NCBI RefSeq assembly: GCF_021023085.1
Contig: NZ_PGCK01000001.1
Location: 361,851 to 385,850 of the forward strand
DNA: 24,000 bases
Source: Methanooceanicella nereidis
GTDB lineage: Archaea; Halobacteriota; Methanocellia; Methanocellales; Methanocellaceae
Reading direction: 5' to 3'
Shown: positions 7,879 through 15,602 of the stretch, in pieces
How positions within the stretch are numbered: position 1 is the stretch's first letter
Layout: every line of letters begins with the position of its first letter
The notes under the pieces: model-generated
What the model saw: only the letters and a program-made list of their open reading frames with translations
Told to the model about the DNA's origin: nothing
Databases searched by the model: none
Program-made: the position numbers and the translations under genes

Positions 7879-9086
7879 CTTCGGTATGCCTGTATTTCCA
7901 GGTGCATCAGCCTAACAGGCTAAAATGGTTCTTTCCGGGCATCGATAAGGTGAAAATGGACTATTTTAACGACAGGTTCAATGAAGAGGTCTTCAGGAAA
8001 GTCGCAAAGAAATGTTACTGGCCTGCCACAAAGACAATATTCCATCTATTAAAAAGACATGAAGGCAAATTTAAGGTCACTTATTCGCTGTCGGGCATCT
8101 TTCTCGACCAGTGTGAAAAATATGATCCGGAACTCATTGACCTTTTTAGAAAGCTGCTGGATACGGGGTGCGTGGAGTTCCTTGACGAGACGTATTACCA
8201 TTCTCTTGTAAGCCTTTTTGAAGATAAAAAAGAGTTCGTGGAACAGATCAAGATCCACAGGGAAGCAATGGAGTCCATATTCGGATACAGGCCCACGTCA
8301 TTCAGGAATACCGAACTGATATACAGTAATGAGATAGCGAGTACTGTCGATGGCCTGGGATATAAGTCCATATTGATGGAAGGGATCGAATCGGTCCTTG
8401 GCTGGAGGTCGCCGAATTATGTATACAGGGCAAAAAAAGGAGACATAAGGGTACTTGCGAGAAATTACCCCCTGAGCGACGATATCGCTTTCCGGTTCTC
8501 CGCAAACTGGTGGAACGAGTACCCGCTGACCGCGGATAAATGGGCAAAGTGGGCGAGAGCCAGCGGAGGGGATATAGTGAACATCTTTATGGACTATGAG
8601 ACATTCGGCGAGCACCAGTGGGAGGAGAGCGGCATATTCTGGTTCCTGAAAGCACTTCCTGACATGGTATTAAATGAAAAGATGCGCTTCGCGACCGTGA
8701 CCGAGAACAGTAAAAAGTACGGTCCGAAAGATATTATTGACGTGCCGGACGATCGCCCCGTATCCTGGGCCGACCTGGAGCGCGATACCAGCGCATGGCT
8801 GGGTAACGATATGCAGCGCCGGTGTTTCGAGGAAGGCATGCTTTTAGGCAATTATGTAAAGCTTACAGGGGACGCCAGAATGCTGGAGGCCTGGAGAAAC
8901 CTTCTCACTTCAGATAATATTTACTACATATGCACGAAATGGCTTGGCGACGGTGACGTCCACTCATATTTTAGCCATCACAGCTCCCCGTTTGACGCCG
9001 GCGTTAACTATGCCGCGATACTCAGCGATTTTAAAGGGCACATCTTTGAAAAGCTCAAAAAAAGTCCCGGCGGCCCTCTTCCATGA
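7875..9086 (+). CDS. Glycoside hydrolase family 57 (alpha-amylase type)
   Basis: The GH57 conserved regions are intact: VHQPNR, GCVEFL, FRNTELIY (Glu codon 8313-8315), MDYETFGEH and TSDNIYY. The TTG start at 7875 overlaps the upstream stop (cTTGA). Confidence 0.85.
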   Translation: MTSVCLYFQVHQPNRLKWFFPGIDKVKMDYFNDRFNEEVFRKVAKKCYWPATKTIFHLLKRHEGKFKVTYSLSGIFLDQCEKYDPELIDLFRKLLDTGCVEFLDETYYHSLVSLFEDKKEFVEQIKIHREAMESIFGYRPTSFRNTELIYSNEIASTVDGLGYKSILMEGIESVLGWRSPNYVYRAKKGDIRVLARNYPLSDDIAFRFSANWWNEYPLTADKWAKWARASGGDIVNIFMDYETFGEHQWEESGIFWFLKALPDMVLNEKMRFATVTENSKKYGPKDIIDVPDDRPVSWADLERDTSAWLGNDMQRRCFEEGMLLGNYVKLTGDARMLEAWRNLLTSDNIYYICTKWLGDGDVHSYFSHHSSPFDAGVNYAAILSDFKGHIFEKLKKSPGGPLP

Positions 9087-9582
9087 ACTTTTCAAAATAG
9101 ACCAGGTCCTTGAGGTCTTTTCTTGGCCTTTCTTCAGGTCTTTCGTCAGGATATCCCAGCGTCAGGCATGCCACTATTTTTCTGTCCTCCGGGATGTCCA
9201 GTATGGCCTTAATGAGGTCTTCGGTAAAATAGCCTATCCAGCATGACCCTACGCCGGAATCCCATGCTGTCAGCACCATATGCTCCATCGCCACTGACAG
9301 GTCCGTCACATACCATTTTTGTGACGGGTCGCCTACACCCACAATGAAAACGTTGCATTCTTCAACATACTTAGTATTGTTGCACGCGCTTGCCAGTGCT
9401 TTTTTAAGGTTTTTATTCCGTATGACGACAAGTGTCCACGGCTGCCTGCCCGATGCTGAAGGCGCCAGCCTTGCCGACTCCAGTATGCGCATCAGTATGT
9501 CATCAGGTATAGGGTCCGGCTTATATTTTCGAATGCTCCTTCGGGTCTTTATAGCCTCGAAAACGTCCATAAGAATGACCAT
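9055..9582 (-). CDS. Nitroreductase-family oxidoreductase (FMN-dependent)
   Basis: The N-terminus AIKTRRSIRKY...APSASGRQPW is the classic nitroreductase signature. The start is the ATG at 9582 or 9570. Its 3' end overlaps the GH57 3' end by 32 bp, convergently. Confidence 0.8.
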   Translation of the reverse strand: MVILMDVFEAIKTRRSIRKYKPDPIPDDILMRILESARLAPSASGRQPWTLVVIRNKNLKKALASACNNTKYVEECNVFIVGVGDPSQKWYVTDLSVAMEHMVLTAWDSGVGSCWIGYFTEDLIKAILDIPEDRKIVACLTLGYPDERPEERPRKDLKDLVYFEKFMEEGRRDFF

Positions 9583-9972
9583 TATAAATATAATTAATTA
9601 TGTATAAAATATCTCGTGTCGGGTTTATTATTTTAAAGGCTCGCACAAAAAAGCATATTACAGACACAAAGCACCAGTATCCGCTAAGGCCACACTACAA
9701 AGCGCAAAAAGGCGAATAAGGACCACTATTTTTCACCACGAAATCTTTGATGAGTGTGCCCCGCTCAGGTTTTAAGAATGAAAAAGTGTTGATAGTCCGC
9801 GGATCATAAAATTGTTTCTTGTGAATTCTTTAGTTTATGATCCTTGACATATAGTCGTACATGATCTTGACATCTGATGCTGTACGCGGGGTAATGCATT
9901 ACCCCGATGAACACCGGCAGGATCATAATCGGCAAGAAGTTTTTCATGGGAGTACACAAAGGCGACAAAGGT

Positions 9973-10178
9973 ACACAAGCTTAACCACAAAGGACACAAG
10001 GGCAACCAAGTAACACAAGCTTAACCACAAAGGACACAAGGGCAACCAAGTAACACAAGCTTAACCACAAAGGACACAAGGGCAACCAAGTAACACAAGC
10101 TTAACCACAAAGGACACAAGGGCAACCAAGGAACACAAGCTTAACCACAAAGGACACAAGGGCAACCAAGGAACACAA
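9973..10178. repeat. Left tandem array: five head-to-tail copies of a 40-bp unit (acacaagcttaaccacaaaggacacaagggcaaccaagta) plus a partial sixth
   Basis: Units start at 9973, 10013, 10053, 10093 and 10133. Units 1-3 are identical and units 4-5 differ by one base (ta to ga). No spacers separate them. The top strand is strongly A+C rich. Confidence 0.95.
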
Positions 10179-10306
10179 ATTTTTTTAAAAATATAAAATT
10201 TTAAAAGTTATCCAATAGTTCTGTAAATTAGACATGATGAATAATAAACACAGTTATGGATTATAAAATATGAAAAACACATACACCGTTTTAAAAAAAA
10301 TCCTTT

Positions 10307-10499
10307 GTGTTACTTGGTTACCTTCGTGTACTTTGTGGTTAAGCTAGTGTTACTTGGTTACCTTCGTGTACTTTGTGGTTAAGCTAGTGTTACTTGGTTA
10401 CCTTCGTGTACTTTGTGGTTAAGCTAGTGTTACTTGGTTACCTTCGTGTACTTTGTGGTTAAGCTAGTGTTACTTGGTTACCTTCGTGTACTTTGTGGT
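10307..10499. repeat. Right tandem array: five copies of a 40-bp unit (gtgttacttggttaccttcgtgtactttgtggttaagcta), inverted relative to the left array
   Basis: Units start at 10307, 10347, 10387, 10427 and 10467. Units 1-4 are identical. The reverse complement of this unit matches the left-array unit at 35 of 40 positions by my alignment. Confidence 0.95.
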
Positions 10500-10616
10500 G
10501 AGAAATAGTGGCCCTTGGTAGCCTTCGTAGTGAAAAATAGTGGACCCTAGAGCCCATAGAGCCCTGAGCAATGAAAAAGTCAATGGCAGATATCCGGGCA
10601 GTTTTTTATAACGGTG

Positions 10617-12965
10617 TCATCCCCGCAATAGTCTCATGCCGTTCAGAATGACCAGTATCGCGGCGCCGGTATCCGCGAACAGCGCCATCCATAAGTTTGC
10701 CATCCCGAATATGGCTAGAACTATGAAAGCCGCCTTTATTGTAACGGAGAATGCCACGTTCTGCTTAATGATTTTCATAGTCCTCTTACCGAGCCTGAAA
10801 ACGTAAGACAGCTTTGAAAGGTCATTGGACATAAGGGCAATGTCCGCTGTCTCTATCGCAGTGTCCGAGCCGGTGGCGCCCATGGCTATCCCCACGTCCG
10901 CCTCGGCAAGCGCAGGAGCGTCATTTACCCCGTCGCCGACCATGGCCACGCTGCCGTTCCGATCTTTCATCCTGCGGACCATGTCCACTTTATCGGCCGG
11001 TAAAAGCTCTGCGTGATAACCATCCACTCCGGCCATATTTGAGATCGCCTTTGCCGTGATAGTACTATCGCCGGTGAGCATGACTATCTCATCGATGCCG
11101 GCATCGTGCAGGCTCTTTATGGATGTGCTGCTACCGGGCCTTAATTTATCCATGATGCCCATTACTGCAATGATCCCTTCGGGACCGCCCAGTATCACCG
11201 GGATCTTACCATCTTCCTGAAGCTCCCTCAATTTCTCGCTCGCGTCGCCGGGCAACAGGTCGAACATCCTGTAGCTGCCTATACGGTACTCGTTCCCGTC
11301 CACCCTGGCCTTGATACCCATGCCGGTGATAGACTCGAAAGACGCGACCTTCATCAAGCCATTATCGCCATATGCCTTCATGATAGCGCCGGCCAGCGGA
11401 TGCTCGGAGCGGGATTCCAGCGATGCGGCTATTCTGAGTGCTTCTTCCTTTGTGACACCATTGAATGTGACCATATCCGTCACCTCGGGCTTTCCTTCGG
11501 TCAGGGTACCCGTCTTATCAAAAGCGAGAGCTTTGACCTTCGAGCATTCCTCAAGATACGACCCGCCTTTTATAAGGACGCCGTTCCGCGACGCGCTGCC
11601 GATCGCGGCGACTATGGATACTGGCGTGGATATCACCAGAGCGCATGGGCAGGATATGACAAGCAGTACCAGCGCCCTGTAAAACCACATGTCGAACGGC
11701 TGTCCCAGTATCAGCGGAGGCAGGGCTGCTGTCGCTATCGCTCCGCATATCACCAGAGGAGTGTAATATTTAGCGAACCTGTCCACGAATTCCTGCGCCG
11801 GGGCTTTACGGTTCTGGGCCTCCTCTACCATATGTATGATCTTTGACAGAGTATTATCCTCGAAGCGACCCGTCACCCTGACCTCGAGCGTTCCGCGTTC
11901 GTTTATGGTGCCGGCGAAGACCTCGCTTCCCGGAGACTTCATGACAGGTATGGATTCCCCGGTTATTGGCGCCTGGTTAACGGTACTGGCGCCTTCCGTG
12001 ACTATCCCGTCCATCGGGATACGCTCTCCCGGGCGTATGACGATTATGTCCTCCGGCTCGATGGCTTTAACAGGGACTCTTTTTTCTATCCCGTTACGTA
12101 TCACGGATGCATCGTCCGGTGACAGCGATATTAGAGATTTGATAGAGTTACGCGTTTTATCGAGAGTATATGATTGAAGCGAGTTCCCTACGGAGAATAA
12201 GAACACAACAGCTGCAGCCTCTTCCCATTGGCCTATCGCAATAGCGCCTAAGACCGCTATCGTCATGAGCATGTTCATGTCAGGCGTCAATGCCTTGAAA
12301 GAGTAGATGGCGCTGCGTGCGACATAAAATCCGCCCACAAGGATAGCTATGAGGTAAAACGCTGTAGAGATCTCGGGCGGGAACCCTAAGAACGGTGCTG
12401 TAAAGCCTGCGGCGAACCCTGAGCCGGATACTATCGTACTGATCGCTCTTTTATTCCTGCTCAGGAATGATGCCTTTGTCTTACCGTCGGTCAATACATT
12501 AAATGAGTATCCCATTCCGGATATCGCGTCGCTTATCTCTTCCCTTCTGCATGAATGCTTTACTGTAAGGACTGCCGTAGAAAAATTAAGGCTTGCTTTC
12601 AAGACGCCCTGCATGCCTGCGATATACTTTTCCAGCTTTTGGGCGCAATCGGCACAATCCAGCCCTTGTATCTCAAAGACGTCAGTGCGCTCGTTCTCAC
12701 AGGTGACACCGTAGCCTGACTCTTCGATCAATGATATGATCTTTCCTGTATCCAGAGTATGTTTTACTGTGAGCGTGCCGGTGCCGAAATTCAGGCTGGA
12801 GCTGATGATACCCGGAGTGGAGTTCAGATGTGACTCCAGTTTAGAGGCGCAATCGATGCAGTCAAGTCCTTCGACCCGTATCCTGTCAGTCTTTGCGGAA
12901 GATAACAGCATTGCATTACAACTGGCACACTCGCATGCATGGGAAGTATTTTTTGTCTCGCTCAT
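10617..12965 (-). CDS. Heavy-metal translocating P1B-type ATPase, Zn/Cd/Pb (P1B-2, ZntA/CadA-like), with two N-terminal HMA domains
   Basis: There are two GLDCxDCAxKLE HMA motifs plus an N-terminal CECASC. TM6 carries CPC (VISCPCALVISTP). The catalytic motifs are DKTGT, SEHPLA and GDGVNDAP. The last TM reads ADTGAAILVILNGMRLL (DxG), and the preceding TM has a Lys, which together fit the Zn/Cd/Pb subgroup rather than Cu. Confidence 0.9.
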   Translation of the reverse strand: MSETKNTSHACECASCNAMLLSSAKTDRIRVEGLDCIDCASKLESHLNSTPGIISSSLNFGTGTLTVKHTLDTGKIISLIEESGYGVTCENERTDVFEIQGLDCADCAQKLEKYIAGMQGVLKASLNFSTAVLTVKHSCRREEISDAISGMGYSFNVLTDGKTKASFLSRNKRAISTIVSGSGFAAGFTAPFLGFPPEISTAFYLIAILVGGFYVARSAIYSFKALTPDMNMLMTIAVLGAIAIGQWEEAAAVVFLFSVGNSLQSYTLDKTRNSIKSLISLSPDDASVIRNGIEKRVPVKAIEPEDIIVIRPGERIPMDGIVTEGASTVNQAPITGESIPVMKSPGSEVFAGTINERGTLEVRVTGRFEDNTLSKIIHMVEEAQNRKAPAQEFVDRFAKYYTPLVICGAIATAALPPLILGQPFDMWFYRALVLLVISCPCALVISTPVSIVAAIGSASRNGVLIKGGSYLEECSKVKALAFDKTGTLTEGKPEVTDMVTFNGVTKEEALRIAASLESRSEHPLAGAIMKAYGDNGLMKVASFESITGMGIKARVDGNEYRIGSYRMFDLLPGDASEKLRELQEDGKIPVILGGPEGIIAVMGIMDKLRPGSSTSIKSLHDAGIDEIVMLTGDSTITAKAISNMAGVDGYHAELLPADKVDMVRRMKDRNGSVAMVGDGVNDAPALAEADVGIAMGATGSDTAIETADIALMSNDLSKLSYVFRLGKRTMKIIKQNVAFSVTIKAAFIVLAIFGMANLWMALFADTGAAILVILNGMRLLRG

Positions 12966-13058
12966 GGAATGGTTCTCCGATCTTGAGTGCCCGGCCTGTA
13001 CAGGTTAAATCGTTCAGCACCCATGGTAGAGCCCGGGCTGGTACACACATAAATCATG

Positions 13059-13085
13059 TGAACATATGAATAATGGTTCATATGT
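13059..13085 (-). promoter_or_regulatory. Operator-like dyad between the AT-rich TATA region and the ATPase start codon
   Basis: acatatgaa (13062-13070) and ttcatatgt (13077-13085) are exact reverse complements separated by taatgg. There is also TGAAC (13059-13063) / GTTCA (13076-13080). TGAACA-type half sites recall ArsR/SmtB-family operators. Confidence 0.4.
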
Positions 13086-13185
13086 ATTTTTTGCTTAAAT
13101 ACTTTATTTATCTTAATAAAAAAAATTTTAATTTTTCAAGATATTTACAAAAAAATCTAATTTATGAAAATCCTGTGATACTATG

Positions 13186-13218
13186 CTGGCATACAGGATA
13201 ATTGGCCTGGCATACAGG
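13186..13218. repeat. 12-bp direct repeat ctggcatacagg, two copies 21 bp apart
   Basis: The copies lie at 13186-13197 and 13207-13218. They sit between the Cys mini-ORF stop and the ATPase promoter. Confidence 0.8.
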
Positions 13219-13222
13219 TATT

Positions 13223-13366
13223 CTAAGAATCCTGGCCTGCGCTTGCAAGAATATCATCGGACCCGTAAATACGATAGTATACGCTCCTGCATTCACAGCT
13301 GCAGAACCCTTCCAGAGCATCTCCATGCTCTTCGCTATATTTACGTTCACACATAATACAACGCAT
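13223..13366 (-). CDS. Small Cys-rich FCS-type zinc-ribbon / TRASH-like protein (47 aa), not in the supplied ORF track
   Basis: My translation of the minus strand from the ATG at 13366..13364 to the TAG at 13225..13223 gives MRCIMCERKYSEEHGDALEGFCSCECRSVYYRIYGSDDILASAGQDS. The pattern is CxxC-x15-FCSCEC. It lies directly upstream of the metal ATPase on the same strand. Confidence 0.45.
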   Translation of the reverse strand: MRCIMCERKYSEEHGDALEGFCSCECRSVYYRIYGSDDILASAGQDS

Positions 13367-13416
13367 AATCCAATCCCGGGATAACCTTTGCACTAAAACT
13401 ACTTAAGTTATTTGCT

Positions 13417-13445
13417 AAAAAGATTAAAAAAGCGAGACATCTCGC
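13417..13445 (-). terminator. Hairpin plus T-run downstream of the lipoprotein gene
   Basis: gcgaga/tctcgc (13432-13445) starts 7 nt after the stop at 13453. On the minus strand it is followed by ttttttaatcttttt. Confidence 0.4.
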
Positions 13446-13452
13446 AAGAAGA

Positions 13453-14070
13453 TTAAAAAGTAAGTTCCCCGAAGTTCATATCAGGGACATCGACCACAGT
13501 TTCAAAGACCTTCTCTGAGCCGCCTCTCCAGTTAACGTAGATCGCGACACCCGTAGGCACCTTTAAATGCCCGCTTGTCTCGATATGTACCGACTTTTCC
13601 TCTCCCGGGACCATGGCACCCAGAGGCTTTGTGAAATTCTTTGTCATTGTCGAGCTTTGCGTTGTACCGTCCGGGTTCGTGATGGTGGTGGGCGTGGTAA
13701 TGCTATAGACCACATTGACATCCAAAAGGATCTGGTCCTTGTGTATATTCTTTATGACAAGATCGATCTTATCGTACTGTAGCTGTTCCGTTGTATCCCA
13801 CTGGATCTTTACATCCTTTGCCTCTACGAAGTCATTTCCCGGCACAGGTGTTGGTGCAGGTGTAGGTGATGGTGTCGCTTCGGGAGTTGGCTCCGGCGTA
13901 GCTTCGGGGGTTGGCTCTGGAGTCGGCTCCACGGTCGGTGTGGCCGTAATACTGGGAGCAGGAGAGGTTTCCGGCGTCGTACAGCCCGAAACAGCTATCG
14001 CTGCCACCATAAATATTGCTAATAGTATATGGGGTTTCATGCTATCATCTCGGTTAATAATTGATAACAT
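13453..14070 (-). CDS. Putative lipoprotein or secreted protein with a Pro/Thr/Glu-rich linker and a beta-rich C-terminal domain
   Basis: The signal peptide with a lipobox-like VSGC is MKPHILLAIFMVAAIAVSGC, so the likely true start is the ATG at 14040. It is followed by PTPEPTPEATPEPTPEATPSPTPAPTPVP repeats and then an unassigned domain of about 125 aa. Confidence 0.65.
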   Translation of the reverse strand: MLSIINRDDSMKPHILLAIFMVAAIAVSGCTTPETSPAPSITATPTVEPTPEPTPEATPEPTPEATPSPTPAPTPVPGNDFVEAKDVKIQWDTTEQLQYDKIDLVIKNIHKDQILLDVNVVYSITTPTTITNPDGTTQSSTMTKNFTKPLGAMVPGEEKSVHIETSGHLKVPTGVAIYVNWRGGSEKVFETVVDVPDMNFGELTF

Positions 14071-14247
14071 AAGTTTATTTCACATAATACTAATAATCCT
14101 TTTCTGTCCAGGCGCCTGAGTTACCTGGCAAAAGAAAAACCATTAAGTAATTTATATAAAAAGATATATAATTTAGATATTGATAATGACTGTACACAAG
14201 ATTTATATGCGATTTAGCCAGAAATTAGGTGTCATCCGGAGAATATT

Positions 14248-15573
14248 ATGGTACTAGATAATCTTGGAAGCTCATTAAAGGACGCTTTAAAGAAGCTTGC
14301 CAATTCAAGCAAGATAGATAAAGAGGTCATCGACGATGTGGTCAAGGACATCCAGAGGGCGCTGATACAGGCCGATGTCAACGTGAAGCTCGTCATGAAG
14401 CTCTCAAACCAGATCAAGAACAGGGCGCTGACAGAAGCCCCTCCTGCGGGAATGAACTCGAAGGAGCATGTGTTAAGGATAGTTTATACTGAGCTCGTCA
14501 ACATCGTAGGCAAGGCCACGCCCATAAAATTAGAGCCTCAGACAATAATGATGGTGGGATTGCAGGGTTCGGGTAAGACCACCACGACCGCAAAACTCGC
14601 CAGGTATTTTGCCCGTAAAGGCCTGAAGCCGGCGGTCATATGTGCGGATACCTACAGGCCGGGAGCATACGACCAGCTAAGCCAGCTTTGTACGAAGCTC
14701 GGCGTCACTTTCTATGGCGAAAGGGATAACAAGGACGCAGTCTCGATAGTCAGGAACGGCCTTAAAGAGATAGCGAAGTATGACATTAAGATCGTCGATA
14801 CCGCAGGCCGCCACGCGCTGGAAACGGACCTTATCCAGGAAATGAAGGACATATACGGGCTGACGGACTTTGACCACAAATTCCTCGTACTTGACGCTGC
14901 TATCGGACAGCAGGCCAGCGAGCAGGCAAAGACTTTCAATGAAGCGATAGGCATTACAGGCGTCGTGATCACCAAGCTCGACGGTACGGCAAAAGGAGGC
15001 GGCGCGCTTTCAGCGGTATCGGACACTAACACATCCATAGCTTTCATCGGTGTGGGCGAGACTCCGGAGGATCTCGAGCGTTTCGACCCGGACGGTTTCA
15101 TTTCAAGACTTCTCGGCATGGGGGACCTTAAAGCCCTGGTGGAGAAGGCTAACGAGGTGCTGACCAAAGACGACGTGAACCTGGACAGGATGATGACCGG
15201 TAAGTTCACCCTTAATGACATGTACTCCCAGCTGGAAGCCATCAATAAGATGGGCCCGCTAAAGCAGATAATGTCGATGCTGCCGCTCGGAGGGCTGGGC
15301 GGGAACATAACCGATGATATGTATAAGGTCACTCAGGACAAGCTCAAAGGCTATAAGATCATCATGGACTCGATGACCGGTGAGGAAAAAGAGGACCCGA
15401 AGCTTATAGGCAGCAGCAGGATATCCCGCATATCCAGGGGTTCGGGCAAGACTCCCGATGAGGTCAGAGAGCTTTTAAAGTATCATAAGATGATGCAGAA
15501 GGCCGTAAAAGGCATGAAGGGCGGTCCGGGTAAGATGAACATGCAGAAGCTCATGAAGCAGATGAAATTCTGA
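14248..15573 (+). CDS. srp54: Signal recognition particle protein SRP54
   Basis: It has the N domain, a G domain ([20 protein letters not shown]) and a Met-rich M domain ([13 protein letters not shown]). Confidence 0.95.
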   Translation: MVLDNLGSSLKDALKKLANSSKIDKEVIDDVVKDIQRALIQADVNVKLVMKLSNQIKNRALTEAPPAGMNSKEHVLRIVYTELVNIVGKATPIKLEPQTIMMVGLQGSGKTTTTAKLARYFARKGLKPAVICADTYRPGAYDQLSQLCTKLGVTFYGERDNKDAVSIVRNGLKEIAKYDIKIVDTAGRHALETDLIQEMKDIYGLTDFDHKFLVLDAAIGQQASEQAKTFNEAIGITGVVITKLDGTAKGGGALSAVSDTNTSIAFIGVGETPEDLERFDPDGFISRLLGMGDLKALVEKANEVLTKDDVNLDRMMTGKFTLNDMYSQLEAINKMGPLKQIMSMLPLGGLGGNITDDMYKVTQDKLKGYKIIMDSMTGEEKEDPKLIGSSRISRISRGSGKTPDEVRELLKYHKMMQKAVKGMKGGPGKMNMQKLMKQMKF

Positions 15574-15602
15574 GCTTTGATCCTTTTTAATGAGGTTTAA
15601 GA

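Noticed and set aside
9804-9947. A 47-aa minus-strand ORF (MKNFLPIMILPVFIGVMHYPAYSIRCQDHVRLYVKDHKLKNSQETIL) with a hydrophobic N-terminus, starting right next to the left repeat array.
   Set aside because: It has no recognisable RBS upstream. Its reading frame runs straight through the perfect 20-bp palindrome and the GATCAT dyads, which look like DNA- or RNA-level signals. It is too short to support without conservation data.
9973-10499. The tandem 40-bp repeat arrays could be mistaken for a CRISPR array.
   Set aside because: The repeats are directly contiguous with no unique spacers. The two arrays are inverted relative to each other, and there is no cas gene in the window.
9720-10546. Calling the composite palindrome a chromosomal replication origin (oriC) outright.
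   Set aside because: The architecture is origin-like. However, no orc1/cdc6 gene is adjacent, I cannot match the unit to a known ORB consensus, and a smaller relative at 756-870 suggests a dispersed element family. I kept this as one hypothesis in the findings and not as a feature call.
13162-13384. Track ORFs 13162..13350 (-) and 13202..13384 (+), 60-62 aa.
   Set aside because: Their sequences are low in information with no motifs. A different minus-strand frame gives a CxxC...FCSxxC protein that makes more biological sense next to a metal ATPase.
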